Part shown: one piece after another, positions 10,641 to 23,700 of the stretch
How positions within the stretch are numbered: position 1 is the stretch's first letter
Layout of the letters: each line of letters opens with the position of its first letter
The notes under the pieces: generated by a model
Databases searched by the model: none
What the model was told of the DNA's origin: nothing
Seen by the model: only the letters and a program-made list of their open reading frames with translations
Made by a program: the position numbers and the translations under genes
From: Eledone cirrhosa
Lineage: Eukaryota
Assembly: GCA_964016885.1 (NCBI GenBank)
Contig: OZ024751.1
Coordinates: forward strand, 42,222,001 to 42,286,000
DNA: 64,000 nt
Reading direction: 5' to 3'

Positions 10641-13600
10641 CTGGAAAGAAAAAGAAAGAAAAATAAATAAATATCATTTAAAAGTGAGTGTATGATATTT
10701 TGAATAAATATCTATTTCATCATCATCATCATCTTCGTTTAACATTTATTTTCCATACTGGCATGGGTTAGACAGACTGTCACATTCTGAAACTAAACAA
10801 GTCGGTTACCCTCTATTACTTGTTTTAACCCACAGGTTGAGGCCACGCTGGAGCACTTCCATGTCTTGCTCATACGTTCTGTTTTGGGGCTTAGTGAATA
10901 TCAAAACAGAAAACATAATATACCATTCAATATAATAAATTATCTTTCAGTTTCCTAATAAACTGAAAGTTTGAATCAGTGAATTATTCATTGTTTAGCC
11001 CCTGGTCAGTTCTCACTGAGCAAACCTATGATCAAAAAGTTTTTTTCCTTAGGTATCATTACAAAAAGCACCCACTCCACACTGTAAAGTTGTCACGACA
11101 AAAAGCACCCTGCACACACTGTAAATGTGGTTGGCATTAGGAAGGGCACTTTTTTCGAACCAATGAAGTTATTCTTGTTGTTTAATAAATGTGTTATTAA
11201 AAGTAAACTAAATAGACAGCTAGTGAACGGTGACAAAAACCAGAGACAGCTAGTGAACGGTGACAATAACCAGAGACAGCTAGTGAACGGTGACAATAAC
11301 CAGAGACAGCTAGTGAACGGTGACAATAACCAGAGACAGCTAGTGAACGGTGACAATAACCAGAGACAGCTAGTGAACAGTGACAATAACCAGAGACAGC
11401 TAGTGAACGGTGACAATAACCAGAGACAGCTAGTGAACGGTGACAATAACCAGAGACAGCTAGTGAACGGTGACAATAACCAGACACAGCTAGTGAACGG
11501 TGACAATAACCAGAGACAGCTAGTGAACGGTGACAATAACCAGAGACAGCTAGTGAACAGTGACAATAACCAGAGACAGCTAGTGAACAGTGACAATAAC
11601 CAGAGACAGCTAGTGAACAGTGACAATAACCAGACACAGCTAGTGAACGGTGACAATAACCAGAGACAGCTAGTGAACGGTGACAATAACCAGAGACAGC
11701 TAGTGAACAGTGACAATAACCAGAGACAGCTAGTGAACGGTGACAATAACCAGAGACAGCTAGTGAACAGTGACAATAACCAGAGACAGCTAGTGAACAG
11801 TGACAATAACCAGAGACAGCTAGTGAACAGTGACAATAACCAGACACAGCTAGTGAACGGTGATATTAACCAGAAACAGCTAGTGAACGGTGACAATAAC
11901 CAGAAACAGCTAGTGAACGGTGACAATAACCAGAGACAGCTAGTGAACGGTGATATTAACCAGAAACAGCTAGTGAACGGTGACAATAACCAGAAACAGC
12001 TAGTGAACGGTGACAATAACCAGAAACAGCTAGTGAACGGTGACAATAACCAGAGACAGCTAGTGAACGGTGATATTAACCAGAAACAGCTAGTGAACGG
12101 TGACAATAACCAGAAACAGCTAGTGAACGGTGACAATAACCAGAGACAGCTAGTGAACGGTGATATTAACCAGAAACAGCTAGTGAACGGTGACAATAAC
12201 CAGAAACAGCTAGTGAACGGTGACAATAACCAGAAACAGCTAGTGAACGGTGACAATAACCAGAGACAGCTAGTGAACGGTGATATTAACCAGAAACAGC
12301 TAGTGAACAGTGACAATAACCAGAGACAGCTAGTGAACGGTGATATTAACCAGAAACAGCTAGTGAACGGTGACAATAACCAGAAACAGCTAGTGAACGG
12401 TGACAATAACCAGAAACAGCTAGTGAACGGTGATAATAACCAGAGACAGCTAGTGAACGGTGACAATAACCAGAGACAGCTAGTGAACGGTGACAATAAC
12501 CAGAGACAGCTAGTGAATGGTGACAATAACCAGAGACAGCTAGTGAACGGTGACAATAACCAGAGACAGCTAGTGAACGGTGACAATAACCAGAGACAGC
12601 TAGTGAACGGTGACAATAACCAGAGACAGCTAGTGAACGGTGACAATAACCAGAGACAGCTAGTGAAGGGTGACAAAAACCAGAGACAGCTAGTGAACGG
12701 TGACAATAACCAGAGACAGCTAGTGAACGGTGACAATAACCAGAGACAGCTAGTGAACGGTGACAATAACCAGAGACAGCTAGTGAACGGTGACAATAAC
12801 CAGAGACAGCTAGTGAACGGTGACAATAACCAGAGACAGCTAGTGAACAGTGACAATAACCAGAGACAGCTAGTGAACGGTGACAATAACCAGAGACAGC
12901 TAGTGAACGGTGACAATAACCAGAGACAGCTAGTGAACGGTGACAATAACCAGAGACAGCTAGTGAACGGTGACAATAACCAGAGACAGCTAGTGAACAG
13001 TGACAATAAACAATGACAGCTAATGAACATACACAAGAGACTTACCTATTATGTTGCATATGACTTTTCACTAAATGTCCTGCCGCCAATGCTGACATCA
13101 ACGACAGTTCTCCAGCCAACACAGTACTACAAATAATTTGTGCAAATGTCCTGGCATTCTTTCCAGGTGTTTCACTGGCTCCTTGGACTCCAAGCATCTG
13201 GAATAATAACACATACAAATAGTAAATATATACTGACACAAGATCAGGGTAGATATATTGACACAGGATCATGGCAGATATATTGACACAGGATCAAGTC
13301 ACTTATTCTGATGCAGGGTCAGGGCAGATATACTGATACAGGATCAGGGCAGACATACTGATACAGGATCAGGGCAGATATACTGATACAGGATCAGGGC
13401 AGATATACTGATACAGGATCAGGGCAGATATACTGATACAGGATCAGGGCAGATATACTGATATAGGATCAGGGCAGATATACTGATATAGGATCAGGGC
13501 AGATATACTGATACAGGATCAGGGCAGATATACTGATACAGGATCAGGGCAGATATACTGATACAGGATCAGGGTAGATATACTGATATAGGATCAGGGC

Positions 13601-14142
13601 AGATATACTGATATAGGATCAGGGCAGATATACTGATACAGGATCAGGGCAGATATACTGATACAGGATCAGGGCAGATATACTGATATAGGATCAGGGC
13701 AGATATACTGATACAGGATCAGAGTAGATATACAGAGAAGATGAGGGCAGATATACTCATATCAATTTTTAAAAATAAAATGGTGTCTACTTACCTTTAA
13801 GCATGCAGCTTGTGGTGACAGATGTGTTCCACCCCCAACTGTTCCAAGCTCAAGAGAGGGCATTGTACAACTGATATAAAGATCAGAATTATTTTCACCT
13901 GTTGCTTCCATTAATGTTATACAATTAGAACTGCACACATTTTCTGCTGGATCCTGGTGAAATAACGGTAGAATTTACTGAGATATGGGGTTGTGTAAGT
14001 GTTTGCATGATTAGAATGTGTGTGTGTGTAATAATCATCATCATCATCACAGTTTAATAGCAGATCTCCATTTTTTCATGTTTGTATGTGTTAGAGAGGC
14101 TGCCACACTGTGAGGTTAGACAAGTCAAGTGACCATGTCTTG

Positions 14143-14187
<45 letters not shown>

Positions 14188-17100
14188 CACACAGTCCACG
14201 CTGTAATGTGGCCGTGTAGGTAACACGGTAAAAGCTCCCAGTTCCACACTGTAAATGTGGTTGGTGTTAGGAAGGGCATCGAGCTGTAGAAAACCCGCCA
14301 GACAGTCCTATGCAAGCAAGACAACCACTCTTGCCTCAAGTGGGAAAACCCCCGTCCAAACCCATGCAAGCGTGGAATATGGACGTTAAACGATGATGAT
14401 GATGATGATGATGATGATAATATATATATATATATATATAAATAAATAATTGTTTCTTCTTTGGACACAAGGCCAGCAATTACCAGTACATTACTGGTAT
14501 TTTATTTTATCGACCCTGTAATAATAGTGAAACGAAGCCATCGAATAGGACCGATACATTTTTGGAAGATTTCCCACTCACTCAATAGTTTAATTAAGTC
14601 AGTATCATTAAGACACCAACTCAAGGGAAATTAGAGTGGATACTTATACGTTAAACAGTGAGAAAAACGATTTTGTTTGGGTAAAACATTTGATTTTCCA
14701 GCTCCAGACCAATGCATTATTTTCAGCGACTCCTTCTGCTAGTAGCAGTCCATATATATATATATATATGTTTGTTACCAACATGACCACCTTACTGGGT
14801 GGACTGGGTGATTTTTTGTGTCACCTACAACATCCACCTTACACAGTGGACTGGGTGCTTGTTTTTTTCTTTTAAATATAACAAGTTATGTTGGTACGAC
14901 AACACCCAGTCCAAACTTATGAGGTCGTGTAGGTGTCATGACAAAAAAAAAACACAGTCCACGCTGTAATGTGGCCGTGTAGGTAACATGGTAAAAGCTC
15001 CCAGTTCCACACTGTAAACGTGGTTGGTGTTAGGAAGGGCATCCAGCCGTAGAAAACTTGCCAGACAGTTCTATACGAGCGAGACACGGTCACCCGACCA
15101 ATCTTGCCTCAAGTGGGGCAATTCCCGCCTAACCCATGCTAGCGTGGAAGATAGACGTTAAACGATGATAACAAATATAAGTAAAACTTACTTGACCAGT
15201 TGCTATATACACAGCAGTAACAATGTTAGCAGCATGAGCGTTGAAGCCACCTTGTGCACCGGCCATTGCAGAACCAATTAGGTTTTTAACTATATTTAAG
15301 TCTATTAATGCAGGTACACTAGTTTTTAGGACCTCACGTACAACCTTTTCAGATATTACTGCTTCACTCACCACAGACTTACCCCGACCATTAATCCTGT
15401 ACAAAGAGAAAGAAAAAACAGGCTGAGCAATATATATCTGACAAAGTACAGAGACATTACTGTAAGTCTTGATATATATCTAACAAAATACAGAGACATT
15501 ACTGTAAGTCTTGATATATATCTAACAAAATACAGAGACATTACTGTAAGTCTTGATATATATCTAACAAAATACAGAGACATTACTGTAAGTCTTAATA
15601 TATTTCTGACAAAGTACAGAGGCATTACTGTCAGTCTTAATATATTTCTAACAAAATACAGAGGCATTACTGTAAGTCTTGATATATATCTAACAAAATA
15701 CAGAGACATTACTGTAAGTCTTGATATATATCTGACAAAGTACAGAGGCATTACTGTCAGTCTTGATATATTTCTGACAAATACAGAGACATTACTGTAA
15801 GTCTTAATATATATCTGACAAAGTACAGAGACATTACTGTAAGTCTTAATATATTTCTGACAAATACATTCTTATCTTGCAGTTTTATAATGAAATGATT
15901 TTGATTGTAAATGAGTATTGAAGAGCTTGAAGAGGTTTTATTTAATGAGACAAGATGAAAACTAATTCAGTAGAACAGGAATAGGCAAACTTTATTGAGC
16001 AGTGGGCCACATAGGATGTGGCTCAACATAAGGTGGGCCCCATAGGATGTGGCTCAACATAAGGTGGGCCCCATAGGATGTGACTCATCATAAAGTAGGC
16101 CCCAAAGGATGTGGCTCATCATAAAGTAGGCCACATAGGATGTGGCTCATCATAAGGTAGGCCCCATAGGATGTGGCTTATCATAAGGTGGACCCCATAG
16201 GATGTCGCTCATGATAAGGTGGGCCCCATAGGATGTCGCTCATCATAAGGTAGGCTGCACAACTAAAAAAATTTCAAGGCAATTTTGAAATTAGGCATAC
16301 CACTCAGAAAGCCAATGGGCCACAGTTTGCCCATGACTGTAGAGGGACAACAAGAACAACAAGAGAAAGTGATAACAGAAATATAAACTCACCAATTAAT
16401 GGCAGCACTTTTTTTGTCTGTACAATAGTTACCACTAACACTTATAATCTCCATATTAGGAAATTTTTCTTTTAATGCTTTAATGGATTTTTCGACTCCC
16501 TGAAAAATGAACAAAACAGTATATGAAACGACCACAAAATGAAGATAATTAAAATTTGATATCACGAAAAATAATATTACAACCACAAAATGAAGATAAT
16601 TAAAATTTGATATCACAAAAAATAATATTACAACCACAAAATGAAGATAATTAAAATTTGATATCACAAAAAATAATATTACAACCACAAAATGAAGATA
16701 ATTAAAATTTGATATCACAAAAAATAATATTACCTTAGAAACCATATTCATTCCCATGGCATCTCCAGTAGTAGCTACAAATCTAATAAATAAATATCTT
16801 CCTGCTTGACTTGTTTGTAAACTAGTTAAATTAGCAAAACTAAAAGAAAAGAAAGAAACATCAATATTTTATACAATAATTGTTTCTACTTTAGGCACAA
16901 GGCCAGCAATTACCCAGTACATTACTGGTACTTTATTTTATCGACCCCGTAAGGATGAAGTTAACCTCGGCGGGAGCCAATAATAATGGTTTCTAATGTA
17001 GGTACAAGACCAACAATTTTAGGGAAGCGGGTGGAGAAAGTCAATTAAATCCATCCCAGTGTATTACTGGTACTTTATTTTATCGACCCCATAAGGACGA

Positions 17101-20100
17101 AATGTGGAATAAAGTATTTTGCTCAAGAATGCAATACACCAGCCAGTTCAGGAACCAAACCCACGATGTTATAATCGTGAGTCCAACACCTTCAGCTCTA
17201 GGCCATGAGCCTTCAAAACAAATTATAGTAAAGATTTGGATTTTTATTTAATGATACATAAAAACTAAAGATTTAAATACTTACCAACTGGTTTCATTAA
17301 ATTTCTTTTGAACAAAATGGAATGCTTCGTTATCATTAAGCCAAAATTTTAATTTCCTGCAAATAAGATAATCACAAAATAATTAGCCTGTCAAAGGGAG
17401 GTGGGGGTAAAATATATCTTTTAGAACTGAAACAGAAGCTTCGCTGTAACATTTACTAAATAATTGTTTCTACTTTTGGCACAAGGCAAGCAATTACCCC
17501 ATTGCATTACTGGTACTTTATTTTATCGACCTCATGAGGATGAAAGGCAAAAATAACCTTGGCGGGATTTGAACTCAGAAATGGGTCATAACTCCATGCT
17601 GCAAAGTATGGAGTTATGACTCTACCGATACTGTCAATCTACCACCCAAAATTGATTAAATAATTGTTTCTACTTTTGGCACAAGGCCAGCAATTATGCC
17701 AGTGCATTACTGGTACTTTATTTTATCGACCCCGTAAAGATGAAAGGCAAAGTTAACTCTTTGCTGCAAAGTATGGCGTCCGACCCTCTACCGATATAGT
17801 CTAAACATGTGGTGTATAAATCCACTGAATGGAAAAAATGGGTGTGCTGACACCCATTTTAGAATGTGAAGAGCTGGAACAAATATTACAATGGCATTTG
17901 TCCAACGCTCTACTGACTCGGCCAAACATTTGCAACATATTTAATTAATCAATAATTCTTTTTTACATTGACACAAGGTCAGCAATTTGAGGGAAAGGAA
18001 GAGGGGGAAAGAAGTCAATTACACCAGCCCCAGTATTTAACTGGTATCATATTTTATCAAACATTGAAAGGATGAAGGGCAAAGTTGACGCCGTCGGGAT
18101 TTGAACTCAGAATGTAATGTGCTGGAACGAATAACACAATGGCATTAATCCAACATTCTAATGACCACCCTGCCAATCCATCGTTGTAGTTAATTGATTG
18201 ATTTTGGGAGTAAAAACCCAGCGTCCACATACTCCCTCCACAACACTAATATCAAGAAGTCTTCCTGTGAACGTGACCTGGGCATTACGGTCAGCAGCGA
18301 TTTGCGTTGGACGAGGCACGTCTCTAAAATTGTCAAGAGGGCCGAGGGTGTCTTAGCATCACTTAGCAAGACCTTGTCAGCCGCTCTCCAGATATCTATT
18401 TAAGGCTGTATACAGCTATGGTGCGACCACACTTAGAATTTGCATCACCAGTCTGGAACCCCCATCTTGCTCAGGACATTGACCGCCTGGAAACTGTTCA
18501 GAGACGTGCAACCAAGCGAATACCCTCCATCAGGCATCTACCATACTCTGAGCGCCTTGCTTCCCTGGGCATGGATTCATTGAAGCTCCGACGCCTGGCA
18601 ACTGACTTGGTAAACACCCACAAAATTGTTAACCATGTTGCCAACAACAACCCTGAGTACCTTTTTGATTTCCATGTGTCTAACACACGTGGACATGCCC
18701 ACAAAGTAAGAAAACAGCACAGTTCCCATGACTTTCGGAAACATTTTTTCACGCTCAGAGTTGCTGAAGCATGGAACAAACTACCTGCATCAGTTGTTAG
18801 CTGTCGAGACACTGCATCCTTTAAGGCCTCCATGCTTCCCGAGATCCGCCAACACTACAGCTAACACATACACACATGTACTTCCCTGGCATTTGTGTAT
18901 TATTCTATGTACTATATTGACGAGTTGTAGTGCACCTGAGCACTTTACACAATAATTTCATTATTATTTTTCATTATTATAACGAATTACTTACATGCAT
19001 TCTTCAGCTGTTGGAAACCGCACAACTGGACCTCTAGTCATACCGTCACTTAACAGAAAGCTGCGTACGCCAGTACTTTTCTGAGTTTAAAGAGAGGAAA
19101 AACAAAAATACATATATATATATATGATATATATAGACACTGTAAACGTGGTTGGTGTTAGGAAGGCATCCAGCTGTAAAAAAAACCTGCGAGAGACGCT
19201 GCCGTGTGAGCGAGACATGGTCTCCCGACCAGTCCCACATCAAATGGAACAAAACTGTCTAACCCATGCTAGCGTGGAAGATTGATGTTAAACGATGATG
19301 ATGAGTATGATGATATAGCGGAATTCATCATCATCATCATCGATTAATGTCTTTCTTCCATGCTAGCATTGGTTAGACAGGTTTGTCCCATTTAGAGCCA
19401 AGTTGCGTCGGGTATTTTTATCAATATTTTATTTTACTTCAGTCAATATAATATTGGATTAAACCTATTAGTTTCTGTATATACTTGTATATAAGATTAT
19501 CAAGCATCTTTCCAATGACTGGTGGTACCAGTGGCACATCTAGAGTGGCACCCCAACGACTGGAGGTACCAGTGGCACCCCAACAACTGGTGGTACCAGT
19601 GGCACCCCAATGACTGGCTGCACCAGTGGTACATCTATAGTGCCACCCCAAGGACTGGCTGCACCAGTTGCACATCTAGAGTGCCACCCGCCACCCCAAC
19701 GACTGTCTGCACCAGTTGCACATCTAGAGTTCCACCCACCACCCCAACGACTGTCTGCACCAGTTGCACATCTATAGTGCCACCCGCCACCCCAACGACT
19801 ATCTGCACCAGTTGCACATCTAGAGTTCCACCCGCCACCCCAACGACTGCCTGCACCAGTTGCACATCTAGAGTTCCACCCGCCACCCCAACGACTATCT
19901 GCACCAGTTGCACATCTAGAGTTCCACCCGCCACCCCAACGACTATCTGCACCAGTTGCATATCTAGAGTGGCACCCCAACGACTATCTGCACCAGTTGC
20001 ACATCTAGAGTGGCACCCCAAGTTGCACATCTAGAGTGGCACCCCAACGACTGTCTGCACCAGTTGCACATCTAGAGTGGCACCCCAACGACTATCTGCA

Positions 20101-20703
20101 CCAGTTGCACATCTATAGTGCCACCCGCCACCCCAACGACTATCTGCACCAGTTGCGCATCTATAGTGCCACCCACCACCCCAACGACTATCTGCACCAG
20201 TTGCACATCTAGAGTGACACCCCAACGACTATCTGCACCAGTTGCACATCTAGAGTGACACCCCAACGACTATCTGCACCAGTTGCACATCTAGAGTGGC
20301 ACCCCAACGACTGTCTGCACCAGTTGCACATCTAGAGTGACACCCCAACGACTATCTGCACCAGTTGCAGGAATGTGATTGACTGATTGTAGATCAATAT
20401 AAAAGAAGTAGTTACTGGAATAATTCTTCACCAACTTACAGAGTTACCAGAAGAAACTGTACCCTAAATAAAAGGAAGTGTATCCCAGAAACCAAGTTAC
20501 CTTCAATGCGGCGCAGCCCCGGTTTGTGCTGGCAACTAAGCAACCTTCCGTAGTTGCCATGGGAACATAATAATCTTTGTTATTCATATATAATGGTCCT
20601 ACGACGCCAACAGGTACAGGAATATAACCAATAACATTTTCACAACAAACTCCATAAACCTACAATAGAAAAGTTTGAGAGTGAGAGAGAATGTGTGAGA
20701 GTA

Positions 20704-20736
<33 letters not shown>

Positions 20737-23700
20737 ATGTGTGAGAGTAAGAGAAAGAGAGTGAGAAAGACAGAGAGAGAGTGAGTGAGAGACAAATGAA
20801 CAGAGAAAGAGGGAAATATACAGGGTGTTCCAAAAGTCAGACCATTTTATATATATATATACACACACACACACATACGTGCATGTATATATATATATGT
20901 GTGTGGGTGTGCGTGTGTATATATATAAACATACACATATACAGAGAGAGAGAGAGAGAGAGACTCACAGCAGAATGATCATAGTTCTTAAAAGGAAGTT
21001 TTTCCATCACATTTTTATCAATTAAGTTTTCATCAATAAGTTTCCTCCTGAAGAAAAAACAAAAAAAAACAAAGAAAAGAACCATCATTAATTAACCATC
21101 ATTAATTAACAAATACTAAGATATTTAATGAGTAGCTTGCATGTAGCAATCATTAGTAGCCTCGTTACCTGTTAACGACTGTAACGAGTTGTAGTTATTG
21201 TAATATAAAATACTATACTTTGACAATAAATAACCCAGGTTTCTATAAAATATGCTTGTACAAGGGTAGGCTAACAAGTTCATAGGCTGACTATGAAAGA
21301 ATGATGCTAGAGCTGTGAAATCTTACATGCATTAATTTCAACTCTTCTTATTAATAACTGCATTGTTTTTTTTCCAGGGACTATGTTGAAAAATAAACCA
21401 CATTTAGTCATTCCATGAGAGTATCTTGGTTAGCCTATGAACTTTTCACCTGACCCTCCTAATTTGATATTGGAATGGTTAAAGTGGTCAATGTGCATCA
21501 GTTGGATCAAAATAGAACCATTGTCTTTCTATAAATTTTGTCCACAGAAGTTAAAAGTTTGATAGGACAGTTCAATTATTCTATTTCCCGTTGCTCCTCC
21601 TGCCAGGAGTTGTGACCAATAGACAGTGTCAGCAATAGAAAGACCAGTGGAAACATTGTTTCCTTGGTTCTCATTTGACGATCTCAGCCTCACTCGGTAA
21701 GCAAACGAGGTCTGAGATCTTGTTGATCATTTGCTCCTATAGCCTACACTAAGCATGTCAAATTGAGGGGCCCCCCTAGGGCCACATATGTGTTGTCTGA
21801 GGGCCCCCCTAGGGCCACATATGTGTTGTCTGAGGGCCACATACGACAATTGATTGCGCACATTACAACTAATTTTTAAAATTTTATATTATGAAGATAA
21901 AACATGTTCGCACTATCAAAAACTTTGTGTGGGCCGCAGGTGTGCTTGTAAAGGGCCGCATCTTTGACATGCCTGCCTTACATAATCATGACAAAATATC
22001 TAAAATAAAGCTGATAACTTTACCTTACTGCAATTCCTCTTTCAAAGTCACCCAAAACCTTTTCCAGTTGGTAACCAGCTATTTGTTTTGTTTTGACAAG
22101 ATTAATAATTTCTGTGTCACTTAATGCTCCAATTCCTTCCTGTAAAAACAACAACAAAAAACATAACATGGACCAAACAAGAATATGTAACTTGGGCAAC
22201 ATGGATTAATAATAATTTAGCTCAGAGATGGGGAACTTGTTCATGCTGAAAGGCCACATTAACCCTTTAGTATTTACATTACTCTATATTTACTATTATA
22301 TTTTCATGGTAAAGGCTTTACCTCACATAATATTGAATATCGAATGCATGAGATTTTGATATTATCTATTTTGAGAACAATACCTTAACATCAGTATGAG
22401 TGGCTGGTTTGAACAGAAAGAGGTGAGATAATTTTGTCTGGTTTAAATGCTTGTAATGGAATAAGCCACATTAAAAAAAACCATAATTATATATTCCTAA
22501 AAATCTACAATATTTTGTAAAAATCTAATTACTATATATTAATTATCGGAAAAAAAAAAGAAGAAAATAACAAGAAAAAAAAAACGAAAAAAATTTAATT
22601 TTAAAGCTAACGACCTTTTAATGACTTTATTGTGATTGCTTGTTGTAGGAAAGTATTTTGACATTTGGTTGCTGCATGGAGGTCTGAAGTTTCAACTGAA
22701 CCTCTAGAGAAGCAGAGAACCAGAATGAATACCATAAAGTATTCTATCCAATGTTCTAATGACACTGCCAATTCCCTGCCTCAACAACTGCAACACTCAT
22801 CACCAAAACCAACAGCTGTCCATTCCATATTACTTTACAAGAATTTATTGCAGATCATTGTTTTATTTGCCTCGGAAAAATAATTAAAAAGAAAAGGAAG
22901 AAATAAAATATATCCACTAACAGCTTCTTTCTTCCCTTTCTGGGACTCTTCAATTTCTGGTAAATTTTTAAAAGGTTTCGAACAATCTGGTGACTGAAGT
23001 TGCTGGGAACTTGTCTGTGTAGATATCTCGGCTTTCTTTTTCTGTTCTGTTAAATAAAGACAAACAACTTTAGACCAAGAAACTGCTGTGTAGATATATC
23101 AACAGGAAATAGAGCATTTATTTCAACAGGAGATAGAGTCTTTTAAATAAAGTGTATATATTGCAAATTTATACACACAGGGAAACTATTGTTTTTAAAC
23201 ATTTTATGGCAAAAAAAACTGATTAAAAAAAGCATAAAGGAGACCTGAGAGTATTAACGGAAATACATTTAGTTTGATTTTCATTTTTAATAAAAAAAAA
23301 ACAAAAAAAAACATTCAATTACCTTTCAATAAACTGTCCATACTGCTGTCAATATTAACATCAAAAAATATATATTTTAGTCCTAGCAAGGTGATCAATA
23401 ACAGAGTTATAACATAATCAACAGTAAGCATTCTGTAGAAATACAAAGAGAGAAGAAAAGGGAGATTATTAATAAACTGGATTCCATCAGAATCAATTTT
23501 AGTGCAAGAAAAGATTAACAAAACTAAGATATTTCAGAAATGTCCTCATTATTTCATAACAGTACCAATAAAGTACCAGTAATGAACTGGGTAATTGCTG
23601 GCCTTGTGCTTAAAGTAGAAACAATTTTTTCATAACAGTACGAGGGCGGAGGATTGGCAGTAGAATCAGTGGAGCGTCAGACAACATGCTTTGTGGCGTG

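Noticed and set aside
11093-13036. 629-aa and 647-aa repeat ORFs; superficial CRISPR-like periodicity
   Set aside because: Pure 30-bp tandem repeat with no unique spacers and no cas genes, lying in an HMGCR intron; the ORFs arise from a stop-free unit.
22620-22883. Extra HMGCR linker exon or 72-aa plus-strand ORF
   Set aside because: Not needed to keep frame, no convincing splice pair and no recognisable similarity.
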